DNA of 64,000 nucleotides from an uncultured Phycisphaerales bacterium (GTDB lineage Bacteria > Planctomycetota > Phycisphaerae > Tepidisphaerales > Tepidisphaeraceae), in contig CAWJPJ010000006.1 in assembly GCA_963844715.1 (NCBI GenBank), forward strand, positions 896,001 to 960,000. Direction: 5' to 3'. The notes beneath the pieces were generated by a model, which was given only the letters and a program-made list of their open reading frames with translations, was not told the DNA's origin and searched no databases. Position 1 is the stretch's first letter. Each line of letters starts with the position of its first letter. Below are positions 56,722 to 64,000 of this stretch, piece by piece. Both the position numbers and the translations under genes were made by a program.

Positions 56722-56959
56722 GCGCCTAGAGCGGCTTGCGGCTCCGCGTAGCGAGCCAGTTGGCCTCGGCTGCAACGGAGGCAAGGATGAACGACGAGGC
56801 GTATCAGAAAATCAGATACGTTGAGGAGCGAAGACGCGGCATCCGTTGCAGCCGTGGACAAATGGCCGCTAGGCGGAGCCGCAATCCGCTCTAAGCTCAA
56901 TCGGCGAGAGCGCCGCGCTTACATCGCGGAGGATGTTGGTTCGAGTCCAGCTTGGCGCA
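56722..56959 (+). pseudogene. tRNA-Val(TAC) interrupted after its 5-prime acceptor strand
   Basis: D, anticodon (CCGCG CT-TAC-AT CGCGG), T arm and TTGGCGCA at 56894-56959; complementary GCGCC lies upstream of the insert. Confidence 0.7.
56727..56893. mobile_element. MITE-like element, 167 bp
   Basis: 21-bp TIRs (20/21) tagagcggcttgcggctccgc; nested internal inverted repeats. Confidence 0.7.
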
Positions 56960-57050
56960 TGGAGATGAAAAATGACGGGAATGCCCGGAAAATCAAGGTG
57001 TTTTCGCGTTGTTGACTGAACGGAAACGCCGCGAGAATCAAGGTTTTTTT

Positions 57051-57122
57051 GCGCTGTTAGCTCAGAGGCAGAGCACCCGGCCGATAACCGGGAGGCCGGA
57101 GAGTCGAGAACTCCACGGCGCA
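57051..57122 (+). tRNA. tRNA-Ile(GAT), degenerate T loop
   Basis: CCCGG CC-GAT-AA CCGGG; acceptor GCGCTGT/ACGGCGC. Confidence 0.75.
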
Positions 57123-57187
57123 CTGAATTGGCGACGCGTCGTTAGCAGGCAAATGGATTCTCGCTGAACCCCGCGCGCTCTTCTCTT

Positions 57188-57228
57188 CCCCCCTCTCCCG
57201 GTACTCCGGGGGAGGGCTGGGGTGGGGG
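57188..57228. repeat. REP-like palindrome
   Basis: ccctctcccgg-tact-ccgggggaggg followed by ctggggtggggg. Confidence 0.55.
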
Positions 57229-57275
57229 CCGGCGCAATTCAGGCAAGATCCGCGGTAATCGGCAGTTCGCCTCGG

Positions 57276-57350
57276 GCACTGGTAGCTCAACTGGATCAGA
57301 GTTCCGGTCTACGAAACCGGAGGTTGAAGGTTCGACCCCTTCCCAGTGCG
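57276..57350 (+). tRNA. tRNA-Arg(ACG)
   Basis: CCGGT CT-ACG-AA ACCGG. Confidence 0.88.
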
Positions 57351-57407
57351 TTATGAACGAAAAATGGTTGTATATATATCTATTGCAATACAACCAGAAG
57401 TGTCCGC

Positions 57408-57479
57408 GCACTCGTAGCTTAAGGGTTAAGCCGCCGGTTCTTACCCGGCCTGATGCAGGTTCGAATCCTGCCGGGTGCA
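57408..57479 (+). tRNA. tRNA-Lys(CTT)
   Basis: GCCGG TT-CTT-AC CCGGC. Confidence 0.85.
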
Positions 57480-57534
57480 TGAAAGGAGAATCGAAAAATG
57501 AGCCCGAGCAGAACCAAACGGTGCAGGTAAATCC

Positions 57535-57609
57535 GCACCGGTAGCTCAATGGAAACAGAGCAACCCTCTTCTAAAGGGTCGGCTGAGGGTTCGAGTCCCT
57601 CCCGGTGCA
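57535..57609 (+). tRNA. tRNA-Arg(TCT)
   Basis: ACCCT CT-TCT-AA AGGGT. Confidence 0.88.
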
Positions 57610-57623
57610 TGTAGATTCCGCGC

Positions 57624-57695
57624 GCACCGGTAGCTCAACGGCAGAGCCGCCGCCTTTTAAGCGGAGTGATGCGGGTTCGAGTCCTGCTCGGTGCA
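57624..57695 (+). tRNA. tRNA-Lys(TTT)
   Basis: CCGC CT-TTT-AA GCGG. Confidence 0.88.
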
Positions 57696-57707
57696 TGAAT
57701 ACACCAC

Positions 57708-57781
57708 GGTTCAGTAGCCCAATCGGCAGAGGCGCCTGACTCAGAATCAGGATAGTGCAGGTTCGAATCCTGCCTGAACTA
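57708..57781 (+). tRNA. tRNA-Leu(CAG) lacking the long variable arm
   Basis: CCTGA CT-CAG-AA TCAGG; variable loop only ATAGT. Confidence 0.85.
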
Positions 57782-57792
57782 TTTCGGCGAAC

Positions 57793-57868
57793 GTTGCGGT
57801 AGCTCAATCGGATTCAGAGCGCGGCCCTCCGAAGGCCGAGGGTGAAGGTTCGATTCCTTCCCGCGACA
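57793..57868 (+). tRNA. tRNA-Arg(CCG)
   Basis: CGGCC CT-CCG-AA GGCCG. Confidence 0.88.
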
Positions 57869-57878
57869 TCGAAAATTC

Positions 57879-57950
57879 GGGCCCGTCGTCTAACGGAAAG
57901 ACTCCTGGCCTGCACCCAGGAAATGAGGGTTCAATTCCCTCCGGCGTCCA
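57879..57950 (+). tRNA. tRNA-Ala(TGC)
   Basis: CCTGG CC-TGC-AC CCAGG; G3-U70; one extra base in the acceptor stem. Confidence 0.8.
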
Positions 57951-58036
57951 TGCGAGCGGCTTCGTCCGCTCCAGAAAGAAGGTGATCGATCATGAGCGAA
58001 AACTCATCGGAAAGTTCATCTAGCGGCTCCACATCC

Positions 58037-58124
58037 GGAGGGTTGGCTGAACGGCTAAGGCACCCGTCTCGAAAACGGGCATTCCCGATGACTGGGATTG
58101 GGGGTTCGAATCCCTCACCCTCCG
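58037..58124 (+). tRNA. tRNA-Ser(CGA)
   Basis: CCCGT CT-CGA-AA ACGGG; long variable arm; G73. Confidence 0.88.
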
Positions 58125-58149
58125 CTGAAGTAAACGAGAACGTGCGCAT

Positions 58150-58239
58150 GGAGGGTTGGCAGAGCGGACGATTGCGCCGCGGTGCTAACGCGGAAGGCGC
58201 CGACTAGGCGTCTCGAAGGTTCGAATCCTTCACCCTCCT
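58150..58239 (+). tRNA. tRNA-Ser(GCT)
   Basis: CCGCG GT-GCT-AA CGCGG; long variable arm. Confidence 0.85.
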
Positions 58240-58254
58240 TTGGAATGTGCGAGA

Positions 58255-58294
58255 GGGAACGGAGCTGGTCCGTTCCCGGAATGTTCTTTGACAA
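58255..58294 (+). promoter_or_regulatory. boxB-boxA-like antitermination signal
   Basis: Hairpin gggaacgga-gctgg-tccgttccc then TGTTCTTTGACAA (compare rrn boxA TGCTCTTTAACA). Confidence 0.55.
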
Positions 58295-58310
58295 TCCGGT
58301 GGCGTAATTC

Positions 58311-58384
58311 GCCGTCATAGCTCAGTCGGGATGAGCGTCCGGTCGTCAACCGGAAGGTCATGGGTTCGATTCCCATTGGCGGCG
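58311..58384 (+). tRNA. tRNA-Asp(GTC)
   Basis: TCCGG TC-GTC-AA CCGGA; class I; G73. Confidence 0.85.
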
Positions 58385-58412
58385 TTGGGCGCGAATTCCG
58401 CGCGCCTTCGAA

Positions 58413-58484
58413 GTGGATTTAGCTCAATCGGTAGAGCAGAGGTCTGAAAATCCTCCCGCCCTGGTTCAATTCCAGGAATCCACA
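58413..58484 (+). tRNA. tRNA-Phe(GAA)
   Basis: GAGGT CT-GAA-AA TCCTC. Confidence 0.85.
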
Positions 58485-58506
58485 TGTCGGCCAAAGGCCG
58501 CGAATC

Positions 58507-58578
58507 GCGTCGGTAGTTCAGCGGGTGGAACACCGCTATGCCAAGGCGGAGGCCCGGGTTCGATCCCCGGCCGGCGCA
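58507..58578 (+). tRNA. tRNA-Gly(GCC)
   Basis: CCGCT AT-GCC-AA GGCGG; A73. Confidence 0.85.
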
Positions 58579-58583
58579 TTCTC

Positions 58584-58655
58584 GCAGTGGTAACTCAATC
58601 GGCAGAGTACCGGTCTTCCAAACCGGCAACGTGGGTTCGAATCCCGCTCACTGCA
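58584..58655 (+). tRNA. tRNA-Gly(TCC)
   Basis: CCGGT CT-TCC-AA ACCGG; A73. Confidence 0.88.
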
Positions 58656-58691
58656 CTAAAGGGACTTTCGACGGTTGAGGATCTTTTTCAA

Positions 58692-58764
58692 GCCGTGGTA
58701 GCTCAACGGGTAGAGCAGTCGTCTCGTAAACGACAGATTGCCGGTTCGATCCCGGCCCGCGGCT
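58692..58764 (+). tRNA. tRNA-Thr(CGT)
   Basis: GTCGT CT-CGT-AA ACGAC. Confidence 0.88.
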
Positions 58765-58777
58765 TTTCAAAAAAATC

Positions 58778-58851
58778 GGGTGCGTAGCTCAGCGGCAAGA
58801 GCAGGGGCCTCATAAGCCTCAGGTCGTTGGTTCAAATCCAACCGTTACCCA
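58778..58851 (+). tRNA. tRNA with CAT anticodon (elongator Met or Ile2)
   Basis: GGGGC CT-CAT-AA GCCTC; one extra base in the acceptor 3-prime strand. Confidence 0.8.
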
Positions 58852-58852
58852 G

Positions 58853-59203
58853 TCAGGGATAGTTCAAACCGGTAGAACGCTCGGCTCTGAACCGGGATGT
58901 TGGAGGTTTCGGAGCAGCTTCATCTGTTTTGTAGCGTCTGCGTTGCGTCCAGATGGGCCGGGCGCTAGGCAGAGCGACGAGTTGGGTCAGGCACAGCGAC
59001 CCGGCGAGGAGCGATAACGACGCGAACGGCCCATCTGGACGCAACCCTCCGGGTCGCCGCCTTTTGCGGCCCATGCGTCGTTACTCCTCCTCGCCGTATC
59101 GTTTCACCTGATACGACTCGTCGTCGCGCCTAGCCTGTGCCGCAAAAGGCGGCGACGCAGACGCTACAAAACAGATGAAACTGCTCTGATCCTTCTCCCT
59201 GAA
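58853..59203 (+). pseudogene. tRNA-Gln(CTG) interrupted in the T loop
   Basis: TCAGGGA...CTCGG CT-CTG-AA CCGGG...GGAGG TT [insert] T CCTTC TCCCTGA A. Confidence 0.8.
58909..59189. mobile_element. MITE-like element, 281 bp
   Basis: 37-bp TIRs (34/37) at 58909-58945 and 59153-59189; several internal inverted repeats. Confidence 0.78.
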
Positions 59204-59204
59204 T

Positions 59205-59277
59205 TGAGCCGTAGTTTAATCGGTAGCAATGCCGGTCTTTGAATCCGGAGATCGTGGTTCAAATCCACGCGGCTCAA
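59205..59277 (+). tRNA. tRNA-Gln(TTG)
   Basis: CCGGT CT-TTG-AA TCCGG; U1-A72. Confidence 0.85.
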
Positions 59278-59283
59278 CTTCTT

Positions 59284-59356
59284 ACCCATGTAGCTCAACC
59301 GGTAGAGCAGGCGGCTGTTAACCGCCGTGGTGGTGGTTCGAATCCATCCGTGGGTG
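59284..59356 (+). tRNA. tRNA-Asn(GTT)
   Basis: GGCGG CT-GTT-AA CCGCC; G73. Confidence 0.88.
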
Positions 59357-59448
59357 TGGGCGGCGCTTCGCGCCACCAGAGCGTAGAAAGTAGAGGCCGA
59401 GAATTTTCTACTTTCCACTTTCCACGAACCACTTTCTCGCGCAGCGCC

Positions 59449-59520
59449 GCTCCTGTCGTCCAACGGTCAGGATACCGGGCCTTCAACCGGAGAATGTGGG
59501 TTCAATTCCCACCGGGAGTG
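59449..59520 (+). tRNA. tRNA-Glu(TTC)
   Basis: CCGGG CC-TTC-AA CCGG (anticodon stem one base short, possible indel). Confidence 0.75.
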
Positions 59521-59536
59521 CATGGAGAAATGATTT

Positions 59537-59610
59537 CAGCGTGTGGCGTAGCTTGGTAACGCACGTGCCTCGGGCGCACGGGATCGAAGGTTCGAATCCT
59601 TCCACGCTGA
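59537..59610 (+). tRNA. tRNA-Pro(CGG)
   Basis: CGTGC CT-CGG-GC GCACG; C1-G72, A73. Confidence 0.88.
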
Positions 59611-59615
59611 CTTTC

Positions 59616-59701
59616 GCGTAGGTCGCATAATTGGCATTGCAGCGGGCCGTAACCCCGCCGACCCTTAGTGGTCCCTGGGGGTTCAAATCCCTCCCTACGC
59701 A
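59616..59701 (+). tRNA. tRNA-Tyr(GTA)
   Basis: GCGGG CC-GTA-AC CCCGC; variable arm. Confidence 0.85.
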
Positions 59702-59827
59702 TTGCCGCAAAGCGGCAATAGAGCGGTGGCGCAGTCGAACAGCCAACGAATGACTCGAGGAAATCGTCCCCGTCAGACGATCCCACCGCGGTCTACTGCT
59801 CCCCTGCTCTACTGTTCAGAATTTTCC

Positions 59828-59900
59828 GCGCCGGAAGTTCCAACGGCGGAACGCCCGCCTCCAAATCGGGAAGCGGCAGGTTCGATCCCTGCTCGGCGCG
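59828..59900 (+). tRNA. tRNA-Trp(CCA)
   Basis: CCCGC CT-CCA-AA TCGGG; G73; A at position 8. Confidence 0.8.
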
Positions 59901-59911
59901 CTGGCAGTTTC

Positions 59912-59983
59912 GAGGATGTGGCCGATTGGACAGGCGCGGGTCTGCAAAGCCCGTCGATGCTGGTTCGAATCCAGTCATCCTCT
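59912..59983 (+). tRNA. tRNA-Cys(GCA)
   Basis: CGGGT CT-GCA-AA GCCCG; U73. Confidence 0.88.
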
Positions 59984-59989
59984 TTTGAT

Positions 59990-60064
59990 GGTGGCCGTAG
60001 CTCAAACGGTCAGAGCACCGGGCTGTGAACCCGGTCGGTGTGAGTTCGAGTCTCACCGGTCACC
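59990..60064 (+). tRNA. tRNA-His(GTG)
   Basis: CCGGG CT-GTG-AA CCCGG; G-1:C73. Confidence 0.88.
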
Positions 60065-60096
60065 CTGTATTGCTGTTGATGGCTGGAAATTTGAGA

Positions 60097-61064
60097 TCAA
60101 CTGCTCAGGTGACCATTTTGAAGCAGTTCGTCCAACACCCTTTCCAGCAACCTTATCTGTGCACGATCCACCGGCGCGGGTTGATCTTGATTGAACGGCT
60201 GGCTTTGTTCCGCCAGGAAACAAAAGCACTTCTCCGCGGTGTAGAAATCTAGGGCCTTCCGTTCAAGTTCGTTCAACCGCATGCCCGCGCACCAATAATC
60301 GATGTAGTCGGTCGGCAGCCCCTTAGCCATGAGCGCCATCCGCGTTAGTCCCAAGTGCGCGATGCGATCTCCGAAGCAGACCTCATCCACATCCACGATG
60401 CCGGAAAGTTCGCCGTGCTGGATCAGCACATTCTTGGTCGTGATGTCGTCCAGGAAAGACTGGGGGCGAGTCGCCTCAAAGTATTTTGAAAGCCGGCTCG
60501 CCGCATCCCGTAGAGGTTGGCGCGTTGCCCATCCACCACTCCGGCCTCTTCGATCCACCGTTCGCTGCGCTGAATAGACGCCTCCACGGCTTCGCCCCAA
60601 CTCTCATAAGGTGGCGCATGTCCCGGGTCGCTTTGGAATCCAAACCCCTTCCCTTCCGGCAGGCGTCCCAAGATCTCCTGCACCGCCGCCAGTCGGTAAG
60701 CCAGTTGCGCTTTCTCCTGCGCGGTCAATCGGGAATAAACCGCGCCCAAATCCTGCCCGGGTAAGCGCTCCAAAATCATGTATGGAAAGACCGTGCAATT
60801 CGGCGCGGCCTCCGCGTAAAGCAACTCGGGCAGCGGAATTCCCAGCGGTCGAAGAACGTTCGACCAGTGAATTCCGCCACGCAAATAGTGCCGATTCTCC
60901 GGCCGGGCAAGCCGCAACACCACCGCTCGCCCGTCGGCAAGAACCGCATCGTAAACATAGTGACATAAGCCGGTCGGAAATCGCTCAGCGGAAACCAACT
61001 CCGCTCCCAATGCCTCGTGCACGATAGCACGTAAGTCATCCGATGTTGGGCTTACCACCGCCAT
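60097..61064 (-). CDS. Aminoglycoside phosphotransferase/choline kinase-like protein (frameshift near 60490)
   Basis: VVLRL, IPLPELL, YMILERLPG, LDDITTKNVLI, GIVDVD. Confidence 0.78.
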
Positions 61065-61234
61065 GACGCCAACATTTGCCCTATTCGCCTTCGAAATCAA
61101 CCTACTTGTCGAGCAACTTATAAATAGCATCAAAATTCCGCCCGGCCACGCTATACCCCCCGCCGAGCGGATCGCATCCGCCTGATCCGATAATTATTCG
61201 CCTTTTCGCGTCGCGGCGGCCGATAAGTCGGCTG

Positions 61235-62395
61235 ATGAGCGACACTGCGTACCGAGATTCTCCGCCACCGGCCCAAGCCGATTCGCCCCGCGTTCTGGCA
61301 ATCCACCCGGTTCTGGAAGGGACCGCTTTCAATCCCCAGGCCGGGGGCAAGGACCTGGGCGCGGGGGAATGCACCGACGTTCTGCTCGAAATGGGCTGCC
61401 GCGTTAGCGTCTGGCCGCTTTCCTGGGGCGGACTGGCCGCCACGGAAAAGATCCTCTCGCGCCACCACGAAGTGATCTGGGGCAGCCACGGCCGCATCAA
61501 GCTCGTCCCAACCTGCGCCCCCGGCAGCCCGATGCGCGAGCCGAAGGACCTCGTCGACGATGTTCTGCGCGAACACCGCCCCCAGTTGCTGCACGTTCAT
61601 CAAACCCAAAACCCGCTCGTCGAACAGATCAAACAAAAGTCGCCCCAAACGCGAACCCTGCTCAGCAATCATTCCGGCGTCGTCAGCTCGCACATCGACA
61701 AATACGATCAGGTCGTCGTTCCCAGCCGATGGATGCGCGAACAGATCGTCGCTTCCCGGCCGGAGTTGGCCGATCGCGTGCGGACCATCCCCTATTTCCT
61801 GCAGCCCGAATATGAATGCGACCCGCCGCAGGAACCGGCGCGATCCGGAATCGTCTTCATCGGCCTGCTTACGGACCACCGCAAAGGCCTAGACACACTC
61901 CTCGATGCGTTGGCTCTGTTGAAAGCCGACGGGCAGACCTATCCCCTGACGGTCGTCGGCGAAGGGGCGGCCTTGGGCCAATTTCAGGAACAGTCACAGC
62001 GTTTGAATCTCGAGGTGACATTTCTCCGCAGGCTCGACCGCGAACAAAACGCCGGGCTCATGCGGCGATCGGCGCTCTTCTGCATGCCCAGCCGAGTGGA
62101 GAACTTCCCCATCGTCTTTATCGAATCCCTCTCCTGCGGCACGCCGCTCATAGGCCATGCCCCCGCGGTCAGCGAACTATCGCAAATCCTGCAATGCGAA
62201 ATCGGCGCCCCCTTCGACGGACAGCGCGCCGACGTCCCGGAACTGGCGGAACTGATCAGCCAATGGATGCTCATCCGATGTACGCAATTTGCCGAACTGA
62301 GGGACGTAGTGAAAAAACGGGTGCGAGCCTCGTTTTCCCACGAGGCCTATCGCGCCGCCTATCGGGCTGTTTACCAGCAGTTGTTGGCAGCCTAG
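61235..62395 (+). CDS. Glycosyltransferase family 4
   Basis: RKGLDTLLDAL, MPSRVENFPIVFIESLSCGTP (EX7E). Confidence 0.9.
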   Translation: MSDTAYRDSPPPAQADSPRVLAIHPVLEGTAFNPQAGGKDLGAGECTDVLLEMGCRVSVWPLSWGGLAATEKILSRHHEVIWGSHGRIKLVPTCAPGSPMREPKDLVDDVLREHRPQLLHVHQTQNPLVEQIKQKSPQTRTLLSNHSGVVSSHIDKYDQVVVPSRWMREQIVASRPELADRVRTIPYFLQPEYECDPPQEPARSGIVFIGLLTDHRKGLDTLLDALALLKADGQTYPLTVVGEGAALGQFQEQSQRLNLEVTFLRRLDREQNAGLMRRSALFCMPSRVENFPIVFIESLSCGTPLIGHAPAVSELSQILQCEIGAPFDGQRADVPELAELISQWMLIRCTQFAELRDVVKKRVRASFSHEAYRAAYRAVYQQLLAA

Positions 62396-62405
62396 GAGTT
62401 TTATC

Positions 62406-63152
62406 ATGAAAAATGTCGTGATCGTGACGGCCAAGGGTGGTAACAGCCTCATCAAGAATAAAAACGTCGTTCCGATCCTCGGCGTGCCGGTCGTTCTCTA
62501 TCCCATCCGCGCCGCCAAACTTTCCTTCCGAACCGAGCGCATCTATGTCAGCACCGAAGATGCGCTGATCAAGAATCTCAGCCAGAAGGAGGGCGCGGAA
62601 ATCATCGATCGGCCGGCGGAATTGAGCCAGCCTGACAGCCTGCACAAGGACGTCATCCGCCACGCCGTCGAGCACATTCAACGTCTGCATGGCGCAGTCG
62701 ACAATGTCGTGGTTTTGCTCGGAAATACCGTCATGATCCTGCCTGCGATCATCGACCGAGCCTTTGCGATGCTCGAAAGCGGCGAAGCCGATTCCGTCGT
62801 CTCGGCCTGGAAGGCGCAGGACGATCACCCCTACCGCGCCCTGCGCATCAACGACGAAGGTTATGTCGAATCATATTTGAACGTGCAATGCGGCTCGAAC
62901 CGCAATTCGTATCCCACCGCATATTTTTACGACCAGGGCATCTGGGCCTTCAAGGCGCGTTGTGCCCTGGAGCAAAAAGGCCCGCCGCCGTGGGTGTGGT
63001 TGGGGAACAAATGCCGGCTGATCGAACGCCCCTGGGTCACCGGCCGCGATATCCATACCTGGATCGACGTCTCGGCCAGCGCCTGGTATCTAACTGCAAT
63101 CCAAGCCAACGATTTGAATGATTATCGGGAACCGTTGAAAGAAGCATCCTGA
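62406..63152 (+). CDS. Acylneuraminate/nonulosonate cytidylyltransferase family protein
   Basis: TAKGGNSLIKNKN, VSTED, IDRPAELS. Confidence 0.85.
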   Translation: MKNVVIVTAKGGNSLIKNKNVVPILGVPVVLYPIRAAKLSFRTERIYVSTEDALIKNLSQKEGAEIIDRPAELSQPDSLHKDVIRHAVEHIQRLHGAVDNVVVLLGNTVMILPAIIDRAFAMLESGEADSVVSAWKAQDDHPYRALRINDEGYVESYLNVQCGSNRNSYPTAYFYDQGIWAFKARCALEQKGPPPWVWLGNKCRLIERPWVTGRDIHTWIDVSASAWYLTAIQANDLNDYREPLKEAS

Positions 63153-63200
63153 CCATGGCGCGCTCAGCGCCAATACAGCGGCAGATGAGTGGGAACGCGC

Positions 63201-64000
63201 ATGCCTGATCCCCCCCTACTACAGCAGAGCATTGCCAAGCTTCGGTACTACCTAAACCATGCTCACATTCCGACGCGCCCGGACGACATGGGGTTGTTGC
63301 GGCTGAAGAACCGCCATCGAGGGCGGCGTTGTTATGTCATCGGAACGGGGCCGAGTTTGCTTATGTCTGATTTGGATGCGCGTAGCGGGCGCGGGGAGAT
63401 CTGTCTGGCTTCGAACAATATTTTTTTGGCGTTTGAATCGACCAAATGGCGCCCGACCTACTACGCCGTTGAGGACACGGATTTGGCGATCAAGTCGTGC
63501 CATAAAATCAACGAGCTTGTGCATTGCCCGACGCTGGCTCCTCATTACCTGCTTCCGATTCTCGGGCGGGTCCGCAACCGGACTTTTTTCCGCCAGCTAA
63601 AGCGCGTGCAACCGCCGAAACATCCCGGGTTTTCCCGCAATCTGCTCCGAGGGATCAACTGCGGGGGCACGATCACCTATACCCTGCTGCAAATCGCCGC
63701 CTGGATGGGCATCACTGAGGCGTATTTGCTGGGCGTCGATTTTTCATATGATTTGCGGAAGCTCGCCCCGAGCCGTGAATATCCCGGGTTCAATACCTAC
63801 GTCTATCAGACGCAAGCCCGGCGCAATCACTTTGTGCAAGGTTATTTCCAGGACGGGCAAACGATCGTTGCGCCAGATATGGAATCGGCGCGGCTGGCGT
63901 ATCAATCGGCGCAGGTTGAATCTCACGAGAGAGGACAGATGAGGATCTACAATGCGACGCGGGGAGGACAGCTGGACGTTTTCGATCGCCTCGATTTCGA
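63201..64000 (+). CDS. DUF115/MptE-like (Maf-type) putative nonulosonate transferase, runs off the window
   Basis: My translation from ATG 63201: CYVIGTGPSL, ASNNIF, WRPTYY, TITYTLLQIAAWMG..YLLGVDF, YNATRGG.LDVF; no stop seen before the window end. Confidence 0.75.
   Translation, partial: MPDPPLLQQSIAKLRYYLNHAHIPTRPDDMGLLRLKNRHRGRRCYVIGTGPSLLMSDLDARSGRGEICLASNNIFLAFESTKWRPTYYAVEDTDLAIKSCHKINELVHCPTLAPHYLLPILGRVRNRTFFRQLKRVQPPKHPGFSRNLLRGINCGGTITYTLLQIAAWMGITEAYLLGVDFSYDLRKLAPSREYPGFNTYVYQTQARRNHFVQGYFQDGQTIVAPDMESARLAYQSAQVESHERGQMRIYNATRGGQLDVFDRLDF

Noticed and set aside
36581..59815. Short-unit repeat tracts (36581-36650, 45768-45818, 59383-59425, 59718-59815) as CRISPR arrays
   Set aside because: They are 6-8-nt degenerate units in inverted arrangement without unique spacers, and no cas genes are present
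56156..60252. Short ORFs across the tRNA array
   Set aside because: They overlap tRNA genes and repeats and have no protein motifs

Overview
GC-rich bacterial chromosomal window, most likely Planctomycetota (inferred from the PVC-signature small basic protein and planctomycete-style intergenic palindromes). About 16 genes, including dnaE, carry indel frameshifts, so this looks like an imperfectly polished long-read assembly and single-base claims need read-level confirmation. Content in order: orphan motAB; lgt; a 9.4-kb nitrogen-assimilation cluster with four glutamine synthetases of all three classes (two divergent GSI, GSII, GSIII) plus an ACT-fused GlnE; pabB/class IV aminotransferase/NIF3; LolA-like and PA14/PKD proteins; an EmrAB-type pump; glycosyltransferases; an AsmA-like protein; a tandem pair of membrane GTPases with a Ser/Thr kinase; two IS5-family elements; spoVR; a SPINDLY-like TPR/O-GlcNAc transferase; dnaE; an Aer-like PAS sensor; VOC/SRPBCC/MarR; a 27-gene CCA-less tRNA array (all 20 amino acids if its CAT tRNA is Met; two genes split by inverted-repeat insertions); and the start of a nonulosonate-type glycan locus. 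The most unusual element is a stand-alone tRNA at 26094-26178 with a leucine-type class II body but an aspartate GUC anticodon. It is followed by a perfect 21-nt antisense copy of itself and a hairpin whose loop is complementary to its anticodon loop.
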